Below, piece after piece: positions 1 to 8,535 of a stretch of 8,990 nucleotides of DNA. Made by a program: the position numbers and the translations under genes. A model generated the notes under the pieces. The model made no database searches and had not been told where the DNA came from. It was given only the letters and a program-made list of their open reading frames with translations. The stretch's first letter is position 1. Every line of letters starts with the position of its first letter. This DNA comes from Octopus sinensis (Eukaryota): the NCBI RefSeq assembly GCF_006345805.1, contig NW_021828158.1, forward strand, positions 1-8,990. Reading direction: 5' to 3'.

Positions 1-250
1 AGGGAGAGCACTTTGCTCTCGTGTTTATTTCCTCCCTGACTGAGGTTACCGTGGTCTTTTCTGTAGGCTTTTCTTCCACGGATGAACCTAATCTTTGTTT
101 TGGTGATACACGATATCCCTTTTGATCGGAATTTTACATTAGTTTCTTTTTTTGTTCCTTTTTCTTTTTCCATCTTCGAAAAGAAAAGCTCTACATTTGT
201 ATTTGTCCTCCTCTGTATTAAGCCCTGTGTGGCCAATAAAGAAAGTTATT

Positions 251-340
251 TATCCATCTGTCTGTCTGTCTGTCTGTCTCTGTCTCTCTCTCTCTCTCTC
301 TCTCCTCTCTATCTATCTATCTGGTAATCTATCTACCTAT
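251..340. repeat. Compound microsatellite (TCTG)n-(TC)n-(TATC)n
   Basis: Read directly: tctgtctgtctg..., tctctctc..., tatctatctatc. Explains the low-complexity ORFs at 82-327 and 152-427. Confidence 0.95.
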
Positions 341-764
341 ATTTCTCCCTGTCTGTCTGTCTTTCTGTCAGTCATATGTATATATAAAAAACACTTCAGA
401 CCAATTCAGGTTCAGGTGTCTCAGTGATATTTGAACCTATAAAGCTTTCTCCCGGGGCTCGTGGTGCAGAAACGTTCCTCACGTAAGACAAAAATGTGTA
501 GAGACTTCATAGTTTGTTCAGAGTGCTATTTAGTGGACTGGCGGATGCATTTCGAACTTGTTAGTTCTTTTCCACACTAGGCACCAAGTATTGATTAAAA
601 CCTTTTAAGTCAACAAATGTTCTCAGTTCACAAAAATCTTTTCCGTCTTTATCGTAAATCGGTCGATATTAATGTCCGTGAATGGCACATAGGCCACCAG
701 ATCAGAGAAAATTGCTGAGCTTAAATTATTTCCGCCGCTACTTCGTTATTCACGAATGTATGCA

Positions 765-936
765 TACATATATTAATACCTACTTACCTACCTGCACACA
801 CATACACACACACACACACACATATGCACGCACACACGCAGACATCACTTGCACACGCATACACTTACTCATGTTTGCGCGTGTGCTTATGTGTATCTAT
901 TATTTGTCTCATACTAGTCAAGTCTTTTTCTCTCTC

Positions 937-968
<32 letters not shown>

Positions 969-1037
969 ATATTATATATATTATATATATATATATGTAT
1001 ATATGATATATATATATATATATATATATAAATACAT

Positions 1038-1077
<40 letters not shown>

Positions 1078-1346
1078 TATATTATATATATATATATTAT
1101 GTACATACATATATATCTATATATTATGCATTATTCATATATATATATATATATATCTATATATATATATATGTATACATATATTAAGACACATATATGC
1201 GTATATATATGATATATATGTGTATATACGTATATATTATATATATATATACGTACATACATACATCATTACATGTATGTATATATATATATATATATAT
1301 ATATACGCACACACACACATACATACATACTATACATCATTACATG

Positions 1347-1382
<36 letters not shown>

Positions 1383-1407
1383 CGCACACACACACATACA
1401 TACATAT

Positions 1408-1468
<61 letters not shown>

Positions 1469-1500
1469 ATGCGTTATACGTAATATGTGTTTGTGTTAGT
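765..1500. repeat. Large compound microsatellite field (CA)n, (CT)n, (TA)n, (CATA)n
   Basis: Nearly continuous di- and tetranucleotide repeats. ORFs here translate as YIYI/THTH/SLSL runs. Confidence 0.97.
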
Positions 1501-1514
1501 GAATCTGTGTGTAA

Positions 1515-1586
1515 CGATACGTAGTTATTCAGCTAAACTGTAATGTTTCGACTTCCTAGATGCAATCAGTGTGTGTGTGTGTGTGT
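1515..1586 (+). repeat. Copy 1 of a 55-bp unique sequence plus (TG)n, directly repeated at 3526-3597
   Basis: cgatacgtagttattcagctaaactgtaatgtttcgacttcctagatgcaatcag (1515-1569) versus 3526-3580: 54/55 identical (G1532/T3543). Both copies are followed by (TG)n. Confidence 0.95.
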
Positions 1587-1646
1587 GTGAGTGCATTCGT
1601 GTGTGTGTATCGTGCGTGTGTGAGTGTGTGTGTGTGTGTGTGTGTG
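1570..1646. repeat. Interrupted (TG)n microsatellite
   Basis: Read directly from the sequence. Confidence 0.95.
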
Positions 1647-2236
1647 CTAGCGCAAGCATGGGTATGAGCGTCTATGAGTCTTAATGTAAGCTCTCGGCTA
1701 CTTTGATCGGAGATGGATATGGGGAAGAAAATAAAATTAAAGAAATGAACGAAACAGACGTAATAGAAAAAAAAAAGAGATAAAAGAAATATATTTGCTG
1801 GAATAATCACTGAAAAATGCACATTAAATTTAATTATTGTCTATTAATTAGTACAAGCCAACTAATTATGAAAGTACAGAAGGAAAGACTAACAAAAACC
1901 GGGCTGGAGGTGGGGAACACATTATCAAAAAACAATGAAAAACAAAACTCAAACGCTAGACGATGTAACAGAGAATTATATAAGCCACTCCTATGATCCT
2001 TCGCAATTCATTTGCAATCAGTCCAAACTATCTTCGACACCCCCCTGTAGAATTAATGGACTAAACCACTTAAAAGAGGAAAACGAAAAAAAAAAACAAA
2101 GTAAAATCTGAAACGCATACGAGCGATATGAAAGCTAAGCTCATCCTATTAGGAATAACAAGGATCAATAATGTCGGTTTTTGATCTCTGGTTTGGTTCT
2201 GAACGTGTAACGTGTGAAGTTATGACGAAGAGGAGC

Positions 2237-2281
2237 GGGGGTAGGGGAAGATGGGAAGGGGTGGGAAGTTGGGAGGGTGGG
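2237..2281 (+). other. Putative G-quadruplex-forming sequence with eight G-tracts
   Basis: GGGGG ta GGGG aagat GGG aa GGGG t GGG aagtt GGG a GGG t GGG, loops 1-5 nt. Matches the G3+N1-7 x4 pattern twice. Folding not demonstrated. Confidence 0.6.
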
Positions 2282-2336
2282 ATGGAGATATCGGACGTGA
2301 AATAAATCTGTCGTTGGCCTGATGGGGGTTACGACT

Positions 2337-2357
2337 GTGTGCATGTATGTGAATATA

Positions 2358-2405
<48 letters not shown>

Positions 2406-2430
2406 TAATATGAATGTGTGTGTGTGTGTA

Positions 2431-2469
<39 letters not shown>

Positions 2470-2476
2470 TTATGAA

Positions 2477-2529
<53 letters not shown>

Positions 2530-2771
2530 GTATGAGTGTGTGTGCCTCTACACATAATAACATAAAAATGTATACATGTGTGCTTTCGTTTGTGTGTGCG
2601 TGTGCGTATATCTTTCTTCCTTTGTATTTATCTATGTATGTACAATTAGACAAATATTCAGAAACCTATATATATGTGCGTGTATATAAGTTTACCTATA
2701 TCTATACATATACATATCTATATGCATATGTATGTATGTATTATGTATGTATGTATGTTTCTATCTCTCTG

Positions 2772-2804
<33 letters not shown>

Positions 2805-2805
2805 G
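2337..2805. repeat. Compound microsatellite field (TG)n, (TA)n, (ATGT)n, (TATC)n
   Basis: Read directly; short unique stretches are interspersed. Confidence 0.95.
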
Positions 2806-2944
2806 TTTATATAAATCCAAGATGCTGTCAATAAATTTAATTCTATAAAATTTTTTGTGAATCATGTTTGAATATTTCCAAGAGTTATTCAAACGAAAAT
2901 GTATTAGAAGCGAAACATTTGGCAGATTGTTTCCAAACATCCAA

Positions 2945-3050
2945 ACGCTCACGCGCGCACGCACACGAACGCGCACACACACACGCGAACGCGCGCACAT
3001 GCACGCACGAACGCACTCTCATTCACACGCACCCGTGAACACATGCACAT
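2945..3050. repeat. CpG-rich, largely alternating purine/pyrimidine degenerate (CA/CG)n tract
   Basis: acgcgcgcacgcacacgaacgcgcacacacacacgcgaacgcgcgcacatgcacgcacg... Confidence 0.85.
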
Positions 3051-3115
3051 GACCAGACGCCTAGATGCAATGCGTGAGAGTGGACTACATGCAAGATCTA
3101 AGGTGAGCAAACTTT

Positions 3116-3253
3116 GCTGTGTGGTTGTGAAGCTTGTTTTGCAGCCACGCGTTTTCGACGTCGGTCTCATTAAATAACTAGAAAAATTGTCGATCAATGC
3201 CTTGTGAGCGAATTTGATAGACAAAACTTTTACTGAAACCCATCGTATATATA
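3116..3253 (+). mobile_element. Degenerate partial tRNA-derived SINE (head plus internally deleted body), same family as 5471-5873
   Basis: gctgtgtggttgtgaagcttgttttgcagccac and gccttgtgagcgaatttgatagacaaaac...cccatcgtatata align with the reverse complement of 5712-5869 (gctgtgtcgtaagaagcttccttcccaactac...; gccttgtggatggatatggtaggcagaaac...cccgtcgttatata). The 3' tail is absent. Confidence 0.7.
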
Positions 3254-3254
3254 A

Positions 3255-3306
3255 TGGGATAGCAATCTCAACCCCGCAAAATGGCGGGGTTGCGATTACT
3301 ATCCCA
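3255..3306. repeat. Inverted repeat/hairpin, 23-bp arms with 2 mismatches, 6-nt loop
   Basis: tgggatagcaatctcaaccccgc-aaaatg-gcggggttgcgattactatccca; the arms pair at 21/23 positions. Confidence 0.9.
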
Positions 3307-3525
3307 AAACACCGGGTGTGCTGCGTATCGATTTGTATGCCTTAGCCCTTCAAAGAAATGGATCAGAATGCACAGAATCTCTAAACAATTATGATAAATC
3401 CAAATAAAACCTTGTGCATAACATACTGCAAAATAGTAAATCTTGTTTGTCTTTTAGGTTAGACCCTAAATATCTGTCATTAAACTGGCTCTGTCTCTTT
3501 AGGGAATTTAGCGTAGATTTAATTT

Positions 3526-3597
3526 CGATACGTAGTTATTCATCTAAACTGTAATGTTTCGACTTCCTAGATGCAATCAGTGTGTGTGTGTGTGTGT
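3526..3597 (+). repeat. Copy 2 of the 55-bp unique sequence plus (TG)n
   Basis: 54/55 identical to 1515-1569; offset 2011 bp. Confidence 0.95.
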
Positions 3598-3686
3598 CTT
3601 TACATAGACCCAGTTTTGTCAACCTCATGCGATTAATAGGAAATTACACACACACACACACACACACGCGCGCACAAATATGTAGA

Positions 3687-4333
3687 TGATCTTGATTACT
3701 AGTACCGCCTTAAAGCCTAGAAACTCTACTCCCACCAGCGCCGCCGTGAGGACTACTACATTTGCACAATGTGGAGAATATACCGCCAGCATTGCTCAAA
3801 CGACCTGAATATTAGTTTGAAGGTTAATTCAAGGCTGGTACCATGGGCCATACGTCCCCTGCCCAATTCAGGATCACAACATATAGGTACACTGCGACGC
3901 AATTTCTTGTCTTCAACAGGCCCCGCCCTGTTTAACATTGTCCCAAAACTAATCAAACAGGAAAAGAATCTTATCACCTTTAAACGGAGTCTGAACAAAT
4001 TTCTTCAAGGAATACCAGATAAGACACCCATATCTGGATACAACTCAGTCAAGAAGAACTCACAACTTGAACGGACCATAACACCACAAAACTTGACTTA
4101 AAAAGGATGTAGATAATCCTATCATGTGGTGCTATTAAGTTTGACATGGCCTGGACCGATCTTTGGTCGAAACACATCTAAGTTTTATCTACGCTTTTAT
4201 TTATATAGACAAGTGTAGAAGCAACAAGCAAGTGTATTAGTTTAACGCTCAGGAAGATTGGGAATGTCTTTTACGTTTCAAGCTTACGCACTTCGACAGA
4301 AAATGTTAAAAGGGAAACAACGGAAAGAGAAAA
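3687..4333 (+). mobile_element. 5'-truncated non-LTR retrotransposon (CR1/L2-group LINE) 3' end; recognisable core 3691-~4200
   Basis: The frame from 3691 reads LDY*YRLKA*KLYSHQRRREDYYICTMWRI...GPALFNIVPKLIK...FKRSLNKFLQGIPDKTPISGYNS. This matches the post-RT C-terminal pattern of CR1-group ORF2 as I recall it (Y.ERL..L.LYSL.RRR.R...GP.LFN.LP...FK..LDKFL..IPD.P..GY). Small 3' hairpin gacc/ggtc at 4154-4168. The boundary at 4333 relies on a candidate TSD. Confidence 0.85.
3691..4101 (+). pseudogene. Disrupted C-terminal fragment of LINE ORF2 (reverse transcriptase polyprotein)
   Basis: In frame with the listed ORF 3769-4101, but with in-frame TAG stops at 3700-3702 and 3718-3720 and no RT or endonuclease core. 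The ATG at 3769 is an internal Met. Confidence 0.85.
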
Positions 4334-4346
4334 AAATATGTAGAGA

Positions 4347-4546
4347 ATGTGTGTGTGTGTGCGCGCGCGTGTGTTATGTAAAATTATGTCCATAACTATC
4401 TATCTGTGCGTGTAGGAGTGTTTGCATGTATGTACACTTATATATATGTACAGACGCACAGACACACATACACATATAGTGCCATAAAACATATTAACTC
4501 TATACAATATGTATAGAAAGAATGAAATGCTACAAATGTGCAAAAG

Positions 4547-4579
<33 letters not shown>

Positions 4580-4664
4580 GGGTTGTATGTATGTATGTAT
4601 ATATTCGTGGGAATAACGAAATCCTTTTTTACTGTACTTTCACGCATTTTTAGTATTTCATTCT

Positions 4665-4700
<36 letters not shown>

Positions 4701-4793
4701 TATATGCATATACGTACACGCACATATACATATACATACATACATACATACATACATATATTTATATATATATTATATATATATATATATATA
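4347..4793. repeat. Compound microsatellites (TG)n(CG)n, (TA)n, (ATGT)n, (CATA)n with short unique spacers
   Basis: Read directly from the sequence. Confidence 0.9.
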
Positions 4794-5470
4794 CTTAGAC
4801 AATTTAAATTGCCCTTCAGCTCACTACATCATTGAAATATCCTTTCTTGGAAAAAGAAAGAAGACCCCCCCCCCACCTCCCACAAAAGGAAAAAAAAAAT
4901 TAACGTGTTTTAACTTAAAATACTGCCTAGTGGTTGCACGAAAATTATTGTTTCGTGTCATGAGATTAATCATGTGACCAAGTGTTTCCCGATCTTACTT
5001 TGGCTGCCTCTGGCATCTTCGGCTCTTACAGATTTGCGTGGAAGATATTTTGCAATCGATTTAACCATTCTGAGTGACTATGTTATACGAAATATATACT
5101 GTTTTCATTCTTCCCTTATTTTTTTTCTCTTCTCTATTCTGTTTTATCTTTTATCTTTCCGTTTTAGCTGTCTTTTTTATTTTTTTTTATACATAATTTT
5201 TTATTCGTTAATGGCGGATATAAATCTTCGTGTTCTTTCAGAAAAGGAGGAAGAGAAAGAAAATCTGGTATTAGAAAAAGATTTAAATATCTTTCATAAG
5301 AGACAATTTAAGACGGAGTGAAATTTTTGTTGGAATATCAAAAATATAATTTAGGAAAAGAAAAACTAAAACAAGAAAAAAAAAAAACAAACTAAAAAAG
5401 CCCGAACAATACAAAGACAATAAAAGAATATGTTTCTTTTCTTCTTACAAAAGGCAAGCGTTTCAAAATG

Positions 5471-5677
5471 TCTTGTATTACTCTTTTACTGGTTTCAGTC
5501 ATTTGACTGCGGCCTTGCTGGAGCACCACCTTTAATCGAGCAAATCGACTCCAAGACTTATTTTTTGTAAGCCTAGTACTTATTATATCGGTCTCTTTTG
5601 CCGACCTGCTTAATTACGGGGACGTAAACACACCAGCATCGGTTGTAACGCGATGTTGGTGGGGGCCCACACACACA

Positions 5678-5714
<37 letters not shown>

Positions 5715-5873
5715 CGACGGGCTTCTTTCAGTTTCTGCCTACCATATCCATCCACAAGGCTTTGGTGGGCCCGAGGCTATAGTAGACAATACGTGTTCAA
5801 GGTGCCACGCAGTGGGACTGAACTCGGAACCTTGTAGTTGGGAAGGAAGCTTCTTACGACACAGCCACGCCTG
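5471..5873 (-). mobile_element. Near full-length tRNA-derived SINE (octopus-type; exact family among OK/OR1/OR2-like not determined)
   Basis: The minus strand starts caggcgtggctgtgtcgtaag (A-box-like) ... gttccgagttcagtccca (B-box-like), then the body, an internal (TA)n/(TG)n tract at 5669-5713, and a tail ending ggtgctccagcaaggccgcagtcaaatgactgaaaccagtaaaagag. Two homologous copies lie in this window. Family recognition is from memory. Confidence 0.9.
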
Positions 5874-5977
5874 AGATTAGGATATTATGAGAATCTCTCA
5901 TAAACACTTAGCAAACTATTGAAGCAAGAAAACTAGCTATAACTGAACAGGATAAGAAATAAGCCATATAAACCACA

Positions 5978-6052
5978 CTTGCGCCTAGTTACTGCTGCGC
6001 CTAGTTACCCTTGCGCCTAGCCACTCCTGTACTTAGCCACTCCTGCACCTTA
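5978..6052. repeat. 16-bp minisatellite, about 4.7 copies
   Basis: cttgcgcctagttact / gctgcgcctagttacc / cttgcgcctagccact / cctgtacttagccact / cctgcacctta. Confidence 0.9.
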
Positions 6053-6142
6053 TATAATTAAAAGTTAGGCAATCGTTCTGTTTTTAATGAAAGAACAAAA
6101 TTAGTAAAAGAAGTTAGTAGCTGACATTAATGACACCGCATG

Positions 6143-6517
6143 CTTATTTCGTATTCCATTCATTAGACAACGGCCATGCCTCAGCACCACCTTCTGAGAT
6201 CGACACCAGTACGTATCTTAAAGTCTCTTGATTATTCTACTAGTCTCTTTGACACAGCCGGTAGGCTACAGGAAGGTAAACAAATGAACACGGTTTTCAA
6301 GTGGAGGTGCTGTCTCACACACACACACACACACATACAAACACGTGCGTGCCACGGGCTTTCTAACAATTTTTGTCTAACAAAGTCATTCACAAGAAGT
6401 TGGTTGACCTAGTGCTATAGCTAAAGACAGTAGCACAATCTGTCGCGTGATAGGACTGAACCCAAAACCACGCGTTTGTAAGAGAGTTTCTTAACCACAC
6501 ATCCATGTCCACGCCTG
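6143..6517 (-). mobile_element. Older, diverged full-length copy of the same SINE
   Basis: cattagacaacggccatgcctcagcaccacctt matches catttgactgcggccttgctggagcaccacctt (5500-5532). acgggctttct..., ggactgaaccc and ccacgcctg match 5716-5873. The internal (CA)n at 6316-6345 is at the homologous position. Confidence 0.85.
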
Positions 6518-7189
6518 TCAGTTTACGTCTGTATTTGTAACTAAAAGAAGAAATATCGAATCGGATATTCTTTTGAGCGGTTTATATCCGTCTCCCGTCA
6601 AACGTATCTCTGTTTGTGTATGTACGTATGTGTGTGTGTGTGTGTTTGTAAGTATTTGTGTATGTATGGATCGTTTCTCAGTGTCATAATACTTGACAAC
6701 AGCACAGTTGTTTCAACATACTTGTGCATCTCCTCAAATTTATAATGAAATTTATTAGAAAACAATATATTATATCAGAATAAGAGCACAAAATAAAAGA
6801 TATAATAACGAGATAAATATAATATCGATTTTAATCATTGTTTTAATAGCCATAGAATCCGTTCTTTTATAAAAGTTGCAGTATTAACTCTGAGGAGACA
6901 CAGAAGTGTATGGAACAGCTGTATATTTATCAGTTTCGTCACAAACACAGGCAATTGTACACACGCATTTGAGCTCAGTTTGGTTAGAAGATTTACGAGT
7001 TCGAAACACAATCACTATGATTTAGATTAGATCTTATTCAGTAACATACTCAGCGAGTGTGCGTTACAAAAATTGTCATGCGCCCCTCCTTGCATTGCGC
7101 ACACGCATCTCTGTAGATGAAAAATGCGAGGAAGATTTGGGTCACTCCTATAATTCAAATGTGTCACTGAGACTGTAACCGCATGATTC

Positions 7190-7249
7190 ACACACATACG
7201 CAGACACAAACAGACACACAGACAGACACTCATACATACCCCCACAGAT

Positions 7250-7282
<33 letters not shown>

Positions 7283-7424
7283 CATACATACATAGAAGTA
7301 CTTGGGCAAAAATACTTAGATCTTTTAAATCAGTCTTGTAGAAATTACAGTTGATACTCTACATACATACATATATATGCTTTATATGTGTGTGCGTGTG
7401 CACATACATACGTATACTATATAC

Positions 7425-7473
<49 letters not shown>

Positions 7474-7538
7474 TGAGATAGGGGTTGGTATTATCTGGTA
7501 GTGTTATTGATTAAGATGTATTCTCCATTTCCTTATTT

Positions 7539-7588
<50 letters not shown>

Positions 7589-7615
7589 TAGAGGAGAGAG
7601 AGAGAGAGAGAGAGA
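7190..7615. repeat. Compound microsatellites (CA)n, (TA)n, (GA)n with unique spacers
   Basis: Read directly from the sequence. Confidence 0.9.
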
Positions 7616-7991
7616 CTAATAAATTAGGGTACCGAAACACGAGCTTGCTAGAAATAGGAGTCAACACTCCAAAGTCAGAAATTTCTCACTATTAAGAAAC
7701 ACGCACTGTGAATGTAACAAATATAATAAAAAGAGGTCTTACCTTGTATTAACCAGAAAACAAGAACAGATAACTCGGTATCAGTTAACTACACCTTTTG
7801 TGCGTTAGCACTTAAGGATCGAAATCCAAGCTTACCCTATTCGTCTATATTTCAAAATATTCATTTCTTTACACCGTGCGCGTTTGTTCCCTTGAATGTC
7901 CCTGCGACATTCAAAAACGAAGAGAAAATAAAATTTTAATTTTAATAAAGTATTATTACCATTATTAACAATAACAATAATAATACAATAG
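7616..7991 (-). repeat. Left arm of an inverted duplication of an unclassified ~400-bp unit
   Basis: Its reverse complement aligns to 8056-8096 (37/41) joined to 8646-8970 (about 80%; about 30 differences in the central 159 nt; one ~13-bp indel). Confidence 0.92.
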
Positions 7992-8206
7992 TCGGCTATT
8001 ATTTCAGTTCCCTAATTTATTTGTATATTTTGCCAATTTAAGTTAAACTTGCTTGCTACTTTATTATTATTGTTATTCTTAATAATGGCAATAATACGAG
8101 GTTGAGTCAAAAAGTAATGCCATTTTGTTTAGGATAGATATAATTACCAGTACAGGAACATGTATCATACATCAAAATGAAGCTTGGCCCTCTGTGGATC
8201 TCATCC

Positions 8207-8344
8207 CTATTTCTCAACGTAGCCACGGTTTCTCTCAATAGCAATGTTCCACCTTCGAATGAGAGCATTTATCCCTGCTCGGTAAAATTCTGTTGACTGT
8301 TCTTTCATCCACTTCTTCACTACAGTTTTCATTTCCTCGTCACT
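8207..8344 (-). pseudogene. Mariner transposase C-terminal fragment (left arm)
   Basis: Translates without interruption as SDEEMKTVVKKWMKEQSTEFYRAGINALIRRWNIAIERNRGYVEK*, the typical mariner C-terminus (..F...GI..L..RW..C....G.YVE). Confidence 0.9.
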
Positions 8345-8345
8345 G

Positions 8346-8535
8346 GACTATCATCTCTTCGGCCTCATGAGAGAGGGTTTGAGAGGCAAACATTATTCCT
8401 GTGACGCGGAAGTGAAAACTAGTGAAGAAGTGGCTCAAAGAACAGTCAACAGAATTTTACGGAGTAGGGATACATGTTCTCATTCGAAGGTAGAACATTG
8501 CTATTGAGAGAATCGGTGACTATGTTGAGGTGTAG
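8346..8535 (+). pseudogene. Mariner transposase C-terminal fragment (spacer plus right arm), frameshifted
   Basis: DYHLFGLMREGLRGKHYSCDAEVKT / (2-bp deletion) VKKWLKEQSTEFYGVGIHVLIRR*NIAIERIGDYVEV*. It starts at the DYHLF that follows the YSPDLAPS motif in D,D34D transposases. Confidence 0.9.

Noticed and set aside
4-20. Short hairpins (gagagca/tgctctc at 4-20; ttatgaga/tctcataa at 5885-5903; cacgaaa/tttcgtg near 4937-4957)
   Set aside because: Stems of 7-8 bp are expected by chance in 9 kb.
82-3224. Listed ORFs of 60-176 aa in the first third of the window
   Set aside because: They mostly translate microsatellites (YIYI, THTH, SLSL, CVCV), which lack stops in some frames, and show no domain signal.
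1515-3597. Direct repeats and the 16-bp array (5978-6052) as CRISPR or LTR candidates
   Set aside because: Eukaryotic context, no regular unique spacers, no TG...CA ends, primer-binding site or internal retroviral coding sequence.
3756-3998. Minus-strand 80-aa ORF
   Set aside because: Antisense shadow of the LINE ORF2 fragment.
4974-5321. 115-aa ORF with a hydrophobic, signal-peptide-like start, and a possible 26-nt exon at 5242-5267
   Set aside because: The hydrophobicity comes from a T-rich tract and the charged tail from an A/G-rich tract. The donor (gtatta) is weak and I recognise no homology.
5573-6412. ORFs 5573-5755, 5653-5874 and 6176-6412
   Set aside because: They lie within SINE copies and their internal microsatellites.
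6890-6920. CTGAGGA followed by a small acac/gtgt stem, resembling a hammerhead ribozyme core
   Set aside because: It is followed by atggaac rather than GAAA, and stems I and III cannot be formed. The gtcgaaac motifs in the 55-bp repeat and the LINE tail likewise lack an upstream CUGANGA.
6971-7008. tRNA-like A box (agctcagtttggttaga) and B box (gagttcgaaac)
   Set aside because: The spacing is about 17 nt too short, the D and T stems do not pair, and there is no acceptor stem. At most a decayed SINE head or a chance match.
7027-7293. Minus-strand 88-aa ORF
   Set aside because: It starts in microsatellite sequence, and the rest has no recognisable motif or convincing splice pattern.
4576-7487. 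Shared ataggggttg just after (TA)n tracts at 4576 and 7478
   Set aside because: Only 10 bp with no extension; cannot be separated from chance.
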